Below, piece by piece: positions 1-9,705 of a DNA stretch of 64,000 nt. The stretch spans positions 19,405 to 83,404 of the forward strand of contig JAIOAT010000001.1 of the NCBI GenBank assembly GCA_019873685.1, in the 5' to 3' direction. Under the pieces are notes generated by a model, which saw only the letters and a program-made list of their open reading frames with translations, was not told the DNA's origin and did not search any database. This DNA comes from Chloroflexota bacterium. Its GTDB lineage: Bacteria > Chloroflexota > Anaerolineae > Aggregatilineales > Ch27. Positions within the stretch are counted from its first letter, which is position 1. Each line of letters begins with the position of its first letter. Position numbers and translations under genes: made by a program.

Positions 1-410
1 GACACTTTGACATTGGCTGGCTTGATGTCCCGGTGGATGATGTTCATGCGGTGGGCGTATTCCAGGGCGCTGCAAAGCTGGATGCCCAGGTTTGCGACGA
101 CTTCCGGCGGGGAAGGGATCAATTCGGTCAGCGGCCGGCCTTCCACATATTCCACCACCAGAAAGTGGTAGTCATCCTCCTCAGCCTCGTCGTAGATAGC
201 CATGATGTTCGGGTGGTTGAGGGCAGCGGCGCTGCGCGCTTCCCGGCTAAAACGCGCCTGGGCGATGGCGCGTACATAAGGCAGCAGGACTTTGATTGCC
301 ACGCGGCGCCCCAGCCGCTCATCTCTGGCCAGGTAGACTGTGGCAGTGGCGCCTTCACCAATGAGCTGTTCGATGACATAGCGGCCCAGGAGCTTATGCC
401 CGATTTTCAC
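1..410 (-). CDS. Hanks-type Ser/Thr protein kinase, N-terminal part (runs off window start)
   Basis: Manual minus-strand translation from GTG at 410: VKIGHKLLGRYVIEQLIGEGATATVYLARDERLGRRVAIKVL...LNHPNIMAIYD...EYVEG...ALEYAH...IIHRDIKPANV. Gly loop, VAIK and HRDIKPxN motifs are present. Absent from the ORF track because it is truncated. Confidence 0.93.
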   Translation of the reverse strand, partial: MKIGHKLLGRYVIEQLIGEGATATVYLARDERLGRRVAIKVLLPYVRAIAQARFSREARSAAALNHPNIMAIYDEAEEDDYHFLVVEYVEGRPLTELIPSPPEVVANLGIQLCSALEYAHRMNIIHRDIKPANVKV

Positions 411-642
411 TGGCGACCCCTTTTCGTGCGGACGCCCTGTGGCGTTCTTGGTTTGTAGACCTGCTGTGCTTGACTCTGATCTCGTTGGAAGCGCGGTGAC
501 GGATTTGACACAGGTGCCTATGAATATTGTATCTGTTTTCGCGATTGGCGCTCAAGCGGCGTGACGCCCCGGGCTAATCATCTTGCTGAAAGCTGCAGTT
601 CCACGGCCCCCAAACACTGGGGGGCAGGCGCAGAGCACATTG

Positions 643-651
643 TGCTATAGT
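643..651 (+). promoter_or_regulatory. extended -10 promoter element (TGcTATAGT)
   Basis: TGCTATAGT about 70 bp upstream of the 720 ORF; the same motif type recurs before several genes in this window. Confidence 0.5.
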
Positions 652-719
652 GATGGTTGGGCCTGGCATGAGCAACAGGCCCAACAGTAGCAGGTTGTAT
701 ACAGGGAAAGGTTGCACAA

Positions 720-1862
720 ATGCTTCGCAGATTGGTGTTCGTTCTGGTGGTCATTGTGGGGATAAGCCTGCCTCTGTCCGGCATCCAGGCGCAGGGCGGG
801 GGGCAGCCGGTCTTTTGCGGCACGTTGAGTGAAGCCGACTGCACGATTCTGGTACAGGCGCAGGCCGCCATGGCAGGGATGTCGGCAGCGGCATTTGAAG
901 CCCGGCTTGATCTGGCCATCAGCAGCAGCGACCCGGAGATCGGGCACATTGCTGTGACCATGGCGGGGAATGGCGCCATGGCTGGTGACATGGCGCTGAT
1001 GGCGGCTTTTCAACAGCCGGGTGCTGCCATGGCCGAATTGATGAGCCAGGCTCCGCAGAAACTGGTGGAGTTCCTGCGCACAGTGAACGGTCGGGTGAAC
1101 CTCCTGATCACGCTTCCGAAGGAACTGGCCACGGAAGCGGGCATCCCGCAGGAAGGCTTGCCGATTGAGCTGGTTGTAGTGGGCGGCGTTGTCTATCTCA
1201 ACACGGCGGCGCTGATGCCGGCTGGCGAGGCAGAAGGTCCGGCCTGGATGGGCCTGGACGTGCCGGCGATGTACGAGAGCATGCTGGCCATGGCCGAAGG
1301 CGAAGCCCAGGGCGAGATGGTGGCTATATTGGAGTCAGAGGCCTTCCAGGCGCTGGTCAACATCCAGAATTACGGAGATTTTGTGCGCGTCACTCGTCTG
1401 GCGGATGTTGAGGTGGGCGGCCAGCCGGCGGCGGTCTTCCAGACCGTGGTCGACTACGCGGGCCTGTTCTCCAGCGAAACCTTCCAGAAAGCTTTCCTGG
1501 ACTACATGGCTTCCATTATGGAGATGCAGGGCGAGTCGCTGGAGGAGATGCCTGAAGGGTTCATGGACGTGATGGCGGCAGTGATGGCGGGGATGAGTCT
1601 GCAGTCGACCCAGTGGGTTGACCTGAAGGACTACTATGTGCGCCACACCGAGATGACGTTCGGCTTCGAGTTGAACCGGGAAGCTATCCTGCAACTGGAG
1701 CCAGAAGCGGCAGAAGATATGCCGGAGGAGCTGTCGATCAGCCTGGTCATGAGCATTGACCTGAGTGATTTCAATGTCCCCGTGGAAGTCACCGCGCCGG
1801 AGGATGCCCAGGTATTCAACCCCATGATGTTCATGTCATCGATGGCGGAAGGCAACGACTGA
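720..1862 (+). CDS. secreted Met-rich protein, possibly LppX/LolA-like (DUF6612-like) fold
   Basis: Sec signal peptide (MLRRLVFVLVVIVGISLPLSGIQA), CGTLSEADC Cys pair, and C-terminal IDLSDFNVPVEVTAP resembling the tail of LppX/LprAFG-like proteins. Confidence 0.75.
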   Translation: MLRRLVFVLVVIVGISLPLSGIQAQGGGQPVFCGTLSEADCTILVQAQAAMAGMSAAAFEARLDLAISSSDPEIGHIAVTMAGNGAMAGDMALMAAFQQPGAAMAELMSQAPQKLVEFLRTVNGRVNLLITLPKELATEAGIPQEGLPIELVVVGGVVYLNTAALMPAGEAEGPAWMGLDVPAMYESMLAMAEGEAQGEMVAILESEAFQALVNIQNYGDFVRVTRLADVEVGGQPAAVFQTVVDYAGLFSSETFQKAFLDYMASIMEMQGESLEEMPEGFMDVMAAVMAGMSLQSTQWVDLKDYYVRHTEMTFGFELNREAILQLEPEAAEDMPEELSISLVMSIDLSDFNVPVEVTAPEDAQVFNPMMFMSSMAEGND

Positions 1863-1888
1863 CCGGCATCGTAGCGGTTGAACAGAAT

Positions 1889-1928
1889 CAGGCCCCGGCT
1901 CAGCAGGTTGAGGCGGGGCCTGTTTCGT
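1889..1928 (+). terminator. intrinsic terminator after 720..1862
   Basis: CAGGCCCC..CTCA-loop-TGAG..GGGGCCTG hairpin followed by TTTCGTT. Confidence 0.65.
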
Positions 1929-1959
1929 TATCCTGACAGTGGTTTTTGCCAGCGGGCGT

Positions 1960-1968
1960 TGCTATACT
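1960..1968 (+). promoter_or_regulatory. extended -10 promoter element (TGcTATACT)
   Basis: TGCTATACT about 46 bp upstream of ATG 2015. Confidence 0.5.
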
Positions 1969-2014
1969 CGTGGCACGGTCAGATTGTGATAGCTCACTCG
2001 GTAAGGTGCCAGCA

Positions 2015-2641
2015 ATGGGTATTCCGGCGGACCAGGCTCGAATCAATCAGTTGCTGTCCCCCTATAGCCCTGATCATCCTCCTCAACTGGCGCTGGATTT
2101 TGGCGATTTTCTGTCGTTGCTGTGGTGGATTGACGCATCCGCGGAAAAACCGTCTCGCGCCGCCTACTACCGGCAGTGCGCTGATGCCCTTGCCTGTGGG
2201 TTGGGCTTCAATCGTCGCAGTGTGTACCGCATGATCAAAGTACTGCCTGCCGGTCATATCTATGTGTCGCTGCCCAATCTGCCCTACCGTGGTACCATCC
2301 GGCTGGTGGATGCGCAGGATCGGCGTGAGGCAATGTTCCAGTTGCTGGATATTCGCTCACACATCCTGAGTATGGGGTCGTACCGCAGCCGGTGGAGTCT
2401 GGGGTGGCCGGGCAGCCGGGTTGCTGATGAGGAGTTACGCGCGCGGCTGTTTGCCGTCTTTTTCACCGCTTTTGAGGGGCAGTTCAACCAGTTCAGCCGT
2501 CTGCTCCTGGTGGTGGACATTATGCTGCAGGACTTGATGCTAGGGGATCGGACGCCTAACGAGATCGGTTTGAACCGTTTGATTCAGGAGTTTGGATACC
2601 CCGACCCCACCAGTATCAATACCCGGATGCAATACGGCTAA
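2015..2641 (+). CDS. hypothetical cytoplasmic protein
   Basis: Open frame from ATG 2015 (in frame with track ORF 1946) after an AAGG-type RBS; globular composition, no motif recognised. Confidence 0.7.
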   Translation: MGIPADQARINQLLSPYSPDHPPQLALDFGDFLSLLWWIDASAEKPSRAAYYRQCADALACGLGFNRRSVYRMIKVLPAGHIYVSLPNLPYRGTIRLVDAQDRREAMFQLLDIRSHILSMGSYRSRWSLGWPGSRVADEELRARLFAVFFTAFEGQFNQFSRLLLVVDIMLQDLMLGDRTPNEIGLNRLIQEFGYPDPTSINTRMQYG

Positions 2642-2784
2642 GGTTGAACGGTTAGCGGTATGTTAGGTGGTGGCAAGGAGTATGCTTCCGCTGGGACTGG
2701 CCAGCGACTCTGCCAGGTTGTGCCTGGCTCAGACTGTTCGGCCTTGTGAGTGGCCTTCTGGAGGCGGGAAAAGGACTGTGCCCG

Positions 2785-4011
2785 ATGAGCGAAGTCACTG
2801 TCGTCACAACTGCGCCAGTTAGAGCGGTGAATCTCTTTGGCCGCCTGCGCGCGTTGATTGTTCCACTGCTGGCTGTGTTCACGGCGGTACTGATCGGTTC
2901 TCTGTTCATCGTGTTGACCAGCGTGTTCACGGGCACCGGGGCAAGTGTTGGAGAGAACCTGGTCAAAGGCGTGCAAACCGCCGGAGCCGCATTCTCCGGC
3001 CTGCTCAATGGCGCTTTTGGCGATTCAAGCGGGCTAACCCGTACGCTGGTCAAGACCACACCCCTGATCTTTTCCGGGCTGGCGGTTGCCTTTGCCTTCA
3101 AAGGCGGGTTGTTCAACATTGGCGCCCAGGGGCAGCTAGCGATTGGATCGGTCACATCGGCGTGGGTGGGCTTTGCCATCCGGGTTGATCTGGGCAACCC
3201 GGTGCTCTCGGCGGTGGTGCATGTCACCCTGGCGCTACTGGCCGGGATGCTGGGAGGCGCGCTGTGGGGAGCCATTCCCGGTTTGCTCAAGGCCTATACC
3301 GGCGCACATGAAGTGATCACCACGATCATGTTCAACTTCATTGCCACCAACCTGATCGCCTGGTTGCTCTATGCCGGATCACCCGGTGAAGGCATCCCGC
3401 CCGGCCCGCTGAACGACGGCAACGGCGTAATCACACGGACGCCGACTATCTATCCTACAGCGCAGTTGCCCGTCATCTACGATCCACCCGGACCGCAGGC
3501 GCTACACCTGGGCCTGTTCCTGGCCCTGATCGCGGCGATTGTTATTCTCCTGGTGCTTACCCGGACGACGTTCGGGTTTGAACTGCGTATGGTCGGGCTT
3601 AACCCGACTGCGGCGCGGTACAGCGGGATCAGCGTCAAGCGGATCACGGTGCTAACCATGATCATTGCTGGCGCGCTGGCCGGCGCAGCCGGGGCAATGC
3701 AGACGCTGGGGGTGAATTACCGCTACGAGCCAAACCAGAGCCTTGGCCTGGGCTTTGACGCGATCACGGTAGCGCTGCTGGGGGCTAACAACCCGATCGG
3801 CGTCATTCTCTCGGCATTTCTGTTTGGCGCTATGGACGCTGGCGCTACCCGGATGCAGTTCAATAGCGGGGTGCAATCGGAGATTATCGTGGTGATTCAG
3901 GCGCTGATCCTGATGTTTGTGGCCGCCGAGGAAATCATCCGCACGATGTATCGCATCCGTGGCGCGGGTGGGCCGGCGCAGAAGCTCAGCACAGGCTGGG
4001 GGCAGCGCTAG
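2785..4011 (+). CDS. ABC transporter permease, nucleoside/simple-sugar (CUT2, NupB/YufP-like)
   Basis: GLFNIGAQGQ, GAHEVITTIMFNFIA, GFELRMVGLNPTAARYSGI and GFDAITVALLG motifs. Start 2785 chosen; track gives 2746. Confidence 0.93.
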   Translation: MSEVTVVTTAPVRAVNLFGRLRALIVPLLAVFTAVLIGSLFIVLTSVFTGTGASVGENLVKGVQTAGAAFSGLLNGAFGDSSGLTRTLVKTTPLIFSGLAVAFAFKGGLFNIGAQGQLAIGSVTSAWVGFAIRVDLGNPVLSAVVHVTLALLAGMLGGALWGAIPGLLKAYTGAHEVITTIMFNFIATNLIAWLLYAGSPGEGIPPGPLNDGNGVITRTPTIYPTAQLPVIYDPPGPQALHLGLFLALIAAIVILLVLTRTTFGFELRMVGLNPTAARYSGISVKRITVLTMIIAGALAGAAGAMQTLGVNYRYEPNQSLGLGFDAITVALLGANNPIGVILSAFLFGAMDAGATRMQFNSGVQSEIIVVIQALILMFVAAEEIIRTMYRIRGAGGPAQKLSTGWGQR

Positions 4012-4041
4012 GCGCGGGCGCCTGGGAGGAGCGATCAAACC

Positions 4042-5103
4042 ATGTCCGGCGATGTAGTCTCTGCAGTGAAGACCAATAGAACCACCATGTCTGCGATGGC
4101 GCTGATCGCGGTTATTCTGGTGGTGGCGTTTCTGGCTGCCGGCGCTGTCGGCCCGGCGATTGTGGTGGCGGTGATCAACGCCAGCATTCGCGGCACTGTG
4201 CCGATTGCCCTCGGCGCAATGAGCGGCATCCTCAGCGAACGCAGCGGGATTGTGAACATCGGCATTGAGGGCATGATGTTGCTTGCGGCGTATGTGGGCT
4301 TCATGATTAACGTCGGTTTGAGCAGCGGCGGAGCGCCCACAGCCCTGCAGGCCGAGCCAGTGCGGCTGATCCTATCCATTCTGGGAGGGGTGCTGATTGG
4401 CGGGCTGACTGGCCTGCTGCATGCCCTGCTTTCCATCCGCTACAAGGTTGACCAGATCATCAGCGGCACCGTGATCAACACCCTGGCGCTGGGTCTGACT
4501 GGATACTTCTACCTGGCCGGGGCGACGACGCAGGGGCGGCTTCCGCCGGTAATCTCCAACCCGTTCAAGCAGGATGCGGGACTGCTCTTCTGGATCGGGG
4601 AGATTGTTTTCAACAAAGGGTTGGTCACCTACCTGATGGTGCTTGTGGTGATCACGGTCACCATTGCGCTGTTCCGCACGCCGTGGGGCCTGCGTACCAG
4701 AGCCATTGGGGAGCATCCACGCGCCGCCGACACCCTGGGCATCAATGTGCACCGTCTGCAGTACACCAACCTGTTCTTCAGTGGTTGTGCGGCGGGGCTG
4801 GCCGGTGTCTTCCTGACACTGGAGGCGGTCGGTATTTTTGAGCGCGGTATGACTAATGGCCGGGGATTCATTGCCCTGGCGGTGATGATCTTCGGCAAGT
4901 GGCATCCGCTGGGCGCAGCGGCAGGGGCGCTGCTGTTCGGGTTTGCTACGGCGCTACAGGGGCAGCTCCAGTTCTTCAACATCCAGATTCCGCATCAGTT
5001 CGTGGGTATGCTGCCATACCTGCTGACGGTGATTGTGCTGGCAGGCTTTGTCGGGCGCGCTCGGCCGCCGGCGCATGTTGGTAAGCCGTATGAAGTGGAA
5101 TGA
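4042..5103 (+). CDS. ABC transporter permease (NupC/YufQ-like)
   Basis: SERSGIVNIGIEGMML, TPWGLRTRAIGEHPRAADTLGINV, GRGFIALAVMIFGKW and PYLLTVIVL motifs. Confidence 0.94.
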   Translation: MSGDVVSAVKTNRTTMSAMALIAVILVVAFLAAGAVGPAIVVAVINASIRGTVPIALGAMSGILSERSGIVNIGIEGMMLLAAYVGFMINVGLSSGGAPTALQAEPVRLILSILGGVLIGGLTGLLHALLSIRYKVDQIISGTVINTLALGLTGYFYLAGATTQGRLPPVISNPFKQDAGLLFWIGEIVFNKGLVTYLMVLVVITVTIALFRTPWGLRTRAIGEHPRAADTLGINVHRLQYTNLFFSGCAAGLAGVFLTLEAVGIFERGMTNGRGFIALAVMIFGKWHPLGAAAGALLFGFATALQGQLQFFNIQIPHQFVGMLPYLLTVIVLAGFVGRARPPAHVGKPYEVE

Positions 5104-5139
5104 TCCAGCCTGCGCACGCTAATGACTGCAGGAGAGACT

Positions 5140-7020
5140 ATGCCTTCCAACGAGGTTGTCCTTGAAGTTATCGGTGTAACCAAGCGATTTCCGGGAGTCC
5201 TGGCCAACCACGATGTCAATCTGACCCTGCACAAGGGGGAAATCCTGGCCCTGCTGGGTGAGAATGGCGCTGGCAAGTCCACGCTGATGAACATCATTTA
5301 TGGCCTGTACCATGCCGACAGCGGCACGATCAAGCTGAAGGGCAAGGAGGTCCATTTTGCCAGCCCGCGGGAGGCCATCCACAGTGGCATCGGGATGGTG
5401 CATCAACACTTCCAGCTCATCCCGGTGATGACCGTGGCGGAGAACGTCGTGCTTGGCGAAGAGGTGACTGATGGCGCGTTCCTCGATCGCCAGGAAGCCG
5501 CCCGCCGGGTCCGTGCCTTGAGCGAGCAATATCGCCTTGAGGTGGATCCCAATGCGGTGATCGAGGAGTTGCCCGTCGGCGTCCAGCAGCGTGTGGAGAT
5601 TATCAAGGCGCTGTACCGCGACGCCGAAATCCTGATCCTGGATGAGCCTACCGCCGTGCTCACGCCGCAGGAAGTGCAGGAGTTGTTCAAGATCATGCGC
5701 GATCTGGCGGCGCGGGGGGTCAGCATCATTTTCATCACCCACAAGCTCAAGGAAGTGCTGGCGGTGGCGCATCGCATCGTGGTTATGCGCGATGGTGAGG
5801 TGGTGGGGACTGTCCTGCCGGAAGAGTCTACCCAGGAGTCGCTGGCCGCTTTGATGGTCGGGCGCGAGGTGCTGCTGCGGGTGAACAAACCCCCGGCCAG
5901 GCCCAAAGAAGTCGTGCTGGAGGTCGAAAACCTCAGCGCCTATGACGACCGGGGACACCATGCTGTCAACAATGTCAGCTTTGTCGTCCGCTCCGGCGAA
6001 GTAGTTGGCGTCGCCGGGGTGCAGGGCAACGGGCAGACGGAACTGGTTGAAGTGCTGACCGGTCTACGTCCGGCAGCAGGCGGGCATGTCAGGATCAACG
6101 GTAAAGACCTGACCAACGCTTCGCCGCGTGCTGTAACCGCCAGCGGGACGGGGCACGTGCCGGAAGACCGGCATCGTTTTGGCATGGTCTCCAGCTATAC
6201 GGTGGCTGAGAACCTGGTGCTCAACGTGTACTATGCGCCGCCCTACAGTACCGCGCCGTCGCTGCGGCAACTACCGTTTGTAACAGTACTGTATGCGGCC
6301 CTTGCGCTTGGTGTATTCGCGATTCTGGCAGTGATCTGGAACGCGCTGTGGAAGGCGGCGCTCTGGCCGCTGGTGCTCGGCCTGCACGGTATCGCCGATG
6401 TGGAAGCAGCGAGTCGCCAGGAGATGGCCGGGCCGGAGTTGTTCGGGATGCTGGCTCTGCTGGTGATGGCGCTGCTCTTCGCTTATGTGGCTCACCGGGT
6501 GGCAACCCTGATTATGGGACGCCTACAACCAGTTATTGCGCCGTTCCTGAAGCGGGGCGGCGAAAACGGCGGCGTGGTGCTCGATCATGATCGGGTGGAT
6601 CACAACGCTGTTACGCTGGTCAAGCAATTCGATATCCGCACTCCGAGCGTCACGACAACTGGCGGCAGCCTTTCCGGCGGCAACCAGCAAAAGATGGTTG
6701 TGGCCCGCGAATTTGGCCGCCGTCCGCGCCTGTTGATCGCGGCCCAGCCGACGCGTGGTATTGACGTGGGCAGCATTGAGTTCATTCACCAGCAGCTTGT
6801 GTCTCAGCGTGATGCCGGGGCAGCGGTGCTACTGGTCAGCGCCGAACTGGACGAGATCATGGCACTTTCCGACCGCATTGTGGTGATGTACAAAGGGAGC
6901 GTGGTCGCCACGGTCAATGCCGATTCGGTTACCCGCGAGCAGGTCGGCCTGCTCATGGCTGGCGCCAGCGCGGAGGACGTGCTGGGGCAGGTTCCGGCGG
7001 CAGTGCCCGCCTTAGCGTAG
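5140..7020 (+). CDS. ABC transporter ATP-binding protein, double NBD (NupA/YufO-like), with hydrophobic insertion
   Basis: Walker A GENGAGKS, LILDEPT, ITHKL, second NBD with PEDR, LSGGNQQK and QPTRGID. ATG 5140 follows a GGAG RBS; track start is 5122. Confidence 0.95.
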   Translation: MPSNEVVLEVIGVTKRFPGVLANHDVNLTLHKGEILALLGENGAGKSTLMNIIYGLYHADSGTIKLKGKEVHFASPREAIHSGIGMVHQHFQLIPVMTVAENVVLGEEVTDGAFLDRQEAARRVRALSEQYRLEVDPNAVIEELPVGVQQRVEIIKALYRDAEILILDEPTAVLTPQEVQELFKIMRDLAARGVSIIFITHKLKEVLAVAHRIVVMRDGEVVGTVLPEESTQESLAALMVGREVLLRVNKPPARPKEVVLEVENLSAYDDRGHHAVNNVSFVVRSGEVVGVAGVQGNGQTELVEVLTGLRPAAGGHVRINGKDLTNASPRAVTASGTGHVPEDRHRFGMVSSYTVAENLVLNVYYAPPYSTAPSLRQLPFVTVLYAALALGVFAILAVIWNALWKAALWPLVLGLHGIADVEAASRQEMAGPELFGMLALLVMALLFAYVAHRVATLIMGRLQPVIAPFLKRGGENGGVVLDHDRVDHNAVTLVKQFDIRTPSVTTTGGSLSGGNQQKMVVAREFGRRPRLLIAAQPTRGIDVGSIEFIHQQLVSQRDAGAAVLLVSAELDEIMALSDRIVVMYKGSVVATVNADSVTREQVGLLMAGASAEDVLGQVPAAVPALA

Positions 7021-7079
7021 GGTGGTCGCTGGTTGCGAGCATGCGATCGCGCCGTTACACTGAAGATGCTGGGAACCGG

Positions 7080-7115
7080 GGGGCGTCGCCGGCTTTGCCG
7101 GGGCGCCTTCGTTTT
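7080..7115 (+). terminator. probable terminator of ABC operon
   Basis: GC-rich imperfect hairpin GGCG..CCGGC-TTT-GCCGG..CGCC followed by TTCGTTTT. Confidence 0.5.
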
Positions 7116-7123
7116 ACTGTGAT

Positions 7124-9604
7124 GTGTGGGGCATGGAACAACGATCTCAGGCAACGGTGACCTCATTTCCGCGCTGGATGGTGCGCATCTGGAGTGCGTT
7201 GACGCGGCTATGGAGCAGGGTATTCCTGCGGGGGGATTTCACTGCTCTGCTGCTGGTTGCCGGGATGCTGCTGACTGCCGCGCTGGCTATGGAGGCGACT
7301 GGCTGGACGGAAGGGCTGGGCCAGCTTGTGCCCGTCGCGTTGCTGAGCGTGATCTTTGGATTCCTGCTGGCGCGGAGCCATTATGGCGAACTGCTGGCGC
7401 TGCTGATTTCCAGCGTGTACAGCTTGGGTTTTATCGGCCTGGTCACCGCGTTGAACCTGGAAGAAGGCTCGCTGTTTGCCCGGCTGGGCGGTATCTTCGC
7501 CCGTTCAGTGGCCTGGCTGCAGGTACTGGGCGGTGAGGGAATCGCCCAGGATAACCTGATCTTCGTGTTGTTCCTCTCGGTCCTGTTCTGGTTCCTGGGG
7601 CACAATACCGCCTGGCATGTCTTCCGGGTTGATCGCGTCTGGCGGGCGGTGATTCCGCCCGGCCTGGTCATCCTGGTCAATGAGTTCTACGATCCCGGCG
7701 AGACACAGGTCGGGCCATATCTGGCGATCTACGCGGTCTTCGCCCTGCTGCTGGTGGTGCGCAGCGCAATTGACAACCAGGAATGGGAATGGTACCTCAG
7801 GCGTATCGCGTTCCCGCCGGAGCTGCGAAGCCAGTTCATGCGCTGGGGGGCGGTGCTGGCGGTTGTGCTGGTCGGGGTGGCCTGGGCCTTGCCCAGCGGC
7901 GCCAACAGCGACGGCCTCAACCGCATTCAGGAATTCCTCAACAGCGATCCGCTGAGCAAGGTGAACCAGTTGCTCAACCGCCTGTTTGCCTCGCTGGATA
8001 CGGAAGGCCTGGTGACGGCGGACTATTACGGCGGGAATTCGCTGCAGCTCAGCGGGGCGATTCAGCTGGGAGACCGGCCGGTGATGCTGGTGCGCGCGCC
8101 GTCGCTGGCGGAACAGGGTACACGTTACTACTGGCGTTCGCGCACGTTCAGCTACTATGAGGGCGGGCGCTGGACGCCAACGGCATCCGTGCGGTTGACC
8201 GTACCCGAAGCCGGTTTTACTATCCAGGATCGGCAGGCGGCGCAGGCCATGCGCCGGATGGTCGAGCAGCAGGTGACGGTGGTCATTGAGGCGTCGCGCC
8301 TGGTCTATAGCGCCCCGCAGCCCAGTGTGCTCAACCTGCCGGTAGCCATTGACATGTCCTATGTGGACGATGCACGGCAGATCATGGATGTGTCGGTTAT
8401 CCGCCCGCTTGAGGTGCTGCGCAATGGTGACACTTATACGGTTGTGAGTAGCGTCTCGGTGGCTGATGCGCCGTCCCTGCGGAACGCCGGCACGGTTTAC
8501 CCGGCCTGGGTGCTGGACACTTACCTGCAGCTTGGCGCCAGTGTCACCACACGCACGCGCGAACTGGCCTTCAGCATCGTCACAGAGGCCAACGCCCTGA
8601 CCCCATACGATCAGGCCAAGGCGATCGAACGCTGGTTGCGGGCCAATATCGTATACGATGAGACTATCACGGCGCCGCCTCCCGGCGTCGACCCGGTGGA
8701 CTGGGTGCTGTTTGACGGCCAACGCGGTTACTGTAACTACTACGCCAGCGCCATGGTGGTATTGCTGCGCGCGATCGGAATCCCGGCGCGGGTGGCGGCG
8801 GGGTTCTCCCAGGGCGAATGGAGCGCCGCCACGCAGCAGTTTCTGGTGCGAGAACGGGATGCGCACACCTGGGTAGAAGTCTATTTCCCCGGTTATGGCT
8901 GGGTGGAATTCGAGCCGACAGCGGCCCAGGCGCCACTTGACCGTCCTGATGTGCTGCCGCTGGTACCCGGCCCCCTGCAGCCGACCAGCACCCCCATCGC
9001 GACGAATACCCCCTGGCCGACGGCAACACCGAGCATGACGCCATCGCCTCAGCCGACGGCCACACCACAGGGTGATGAGGCTGCGCCGTATGTCCCGCCC
9101 ACGATCACCCCGCCGCCCACGCCGACGCCTGCTGTGCCGCCCGCTACAGTTCCGCCACCGGAGCAGGAAAGCCAGGCGCCTGACACCCTGAAAGCGATTC
9201 TCTCGGTGGTGGTGACCATCCTGATTGTTCTGGCGCTGATCATCCTGCTGGTGGTGCTGATTCTCTTCCTGGTGTGGTGGCTGGAATGGCGGGGCCTGGG
9301 CGGTCTGACGCCGGTGCAGCGCGCTTATGCGCTGCTGGAGCGCTACGCCGGTTACCTGGGCGTGCGCCTGTCGCCCAGCTACACGCCTCACGAACGTCGG
9401 CGCGTGATCAGCCACCATGTGCCGGAAAGCAAACGCGCGGTTGACGTCATCACGGATATGTACGTTGAAGAAACCTACGGCCCGGAGCAGCCGCGCCGCG
9501 CTCGGTGGAACATCGTGGCCCGGAACGCACTGGATGAAGCGCGGAAAGCCTTTGTTCGTGCTCGCCTGGTGCGTTTGCTGCCCCGGCGCTGGCGTGGCGA
9601 TTAA
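7124..9604 (+). CDS. membrane-anchored transglutaminase-like protein (TgpA-like; TM region, TGase domain, Pro/Thr linker, DUF4129-like tail)
   Basis: Multiple N-terminal TM helices; YWR, GYCNYYASAM (Cys), GIPARVAAGF and AHTWVEVYFPGYGWVEFEPT (His, acidic). The exact start is uncertain. Confidence 0.9.
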   Translation: MWGMEQRSQATVTSFPRWMVRIWSALTRLWSRVFLRGDFTALLLVAGMLLTAALAMEATGWTEGLGQLVPVALLSVIFGFLLARSHYGELLALLISSVYSLGFIGLVTALNLEEGSLFARLGGIFARSVAWLQVLGGEGIAQDNLIFVLFLSVLFWFLGHNTAWHVFRVDRVWRAVIPPGLVILVNEFYDPGETQVGPYLAIYAVFALLLVVRSAIDNQEWEWYLRRIAFPPELRSQFMRWGAVLAVVLVGVAWALPSGANSDGLNRIQEFLNSDPLSKVNQLLNRLFASLDTEGLVTADYYGGNSLQLSGAIQLGDRPVMLVRAPSLAEQGTRYYWRSRTFSYYEGGRWTPTASVRLTVPEAGFTIQDRQAAQAMRRMVEQQVTVVIEASRLVYSAPQPSVLNLPVAIDMSYVDDARQIMDVSVIRPLEVLRNGDTYTVVSSVSVADAPSLRNAGTVYPAWVLDTYLQLGASVTTRTRELAFSIVTEANALTPYDQAKAIERWLRANIVYDETITAPPPGVDPVDWVLFDGQRGYCNYYASAMVVLLRAIGIPARVAAGFSQGEWSAATQQFLVRERDAHTWVEVYFPGYGWVEFEPTAAQAPLDRPDVLPLVPGPLQPTSTPIATNTPWPTATPSMTPSPQPTATPQGDEAAPYVPPTITPPPTPTPAVPPATVPPPEQESQAPDTLKAILSVVVTILIVLALIILLVVLILFLVWWLEWRGLGGLTPVQRAYALLERYAGYLGVRLSPSYTPHERRRVISHHVPESKRAVDVITDMYVEETYGPEQPRRARWNIVARNALDEARKAFVRARLVRLLPRRWRGD

Positions 9605-9650
9605 GGCCTGGAGCAGCATTCGCCAGGTCGAATGGCTACTGCAGATCCGT

Positions 9651-9687
9651 AAAAAGACCGCGTGCATAGAGGCACGCGGTTTGTGTT
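9651..9687. terminator. bidirectional intrinsic terminator between convergent genes
   Basis: AAAAAG-ACCGCGTGC-ATAGAG-GCACGCGGT-TTGTGTT; perfect 9-bp stem. Confidence 0.75.
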
Positions 9688-9705
9688 CTTGGAGACGACA
9701 GCAGG

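Noticed and set aside
33-458. 141-aa plus-strand ORF
   Set aside because: Antisense to the clear Ser/Thr kinase on the minus strand.
7505-9667. 720-aa antisense ORF opposite the transglutaminase gene
   Set aside because: Shadow frame of a GC-rich coding strand; no motifs and biased Arg/His/Gln composition.
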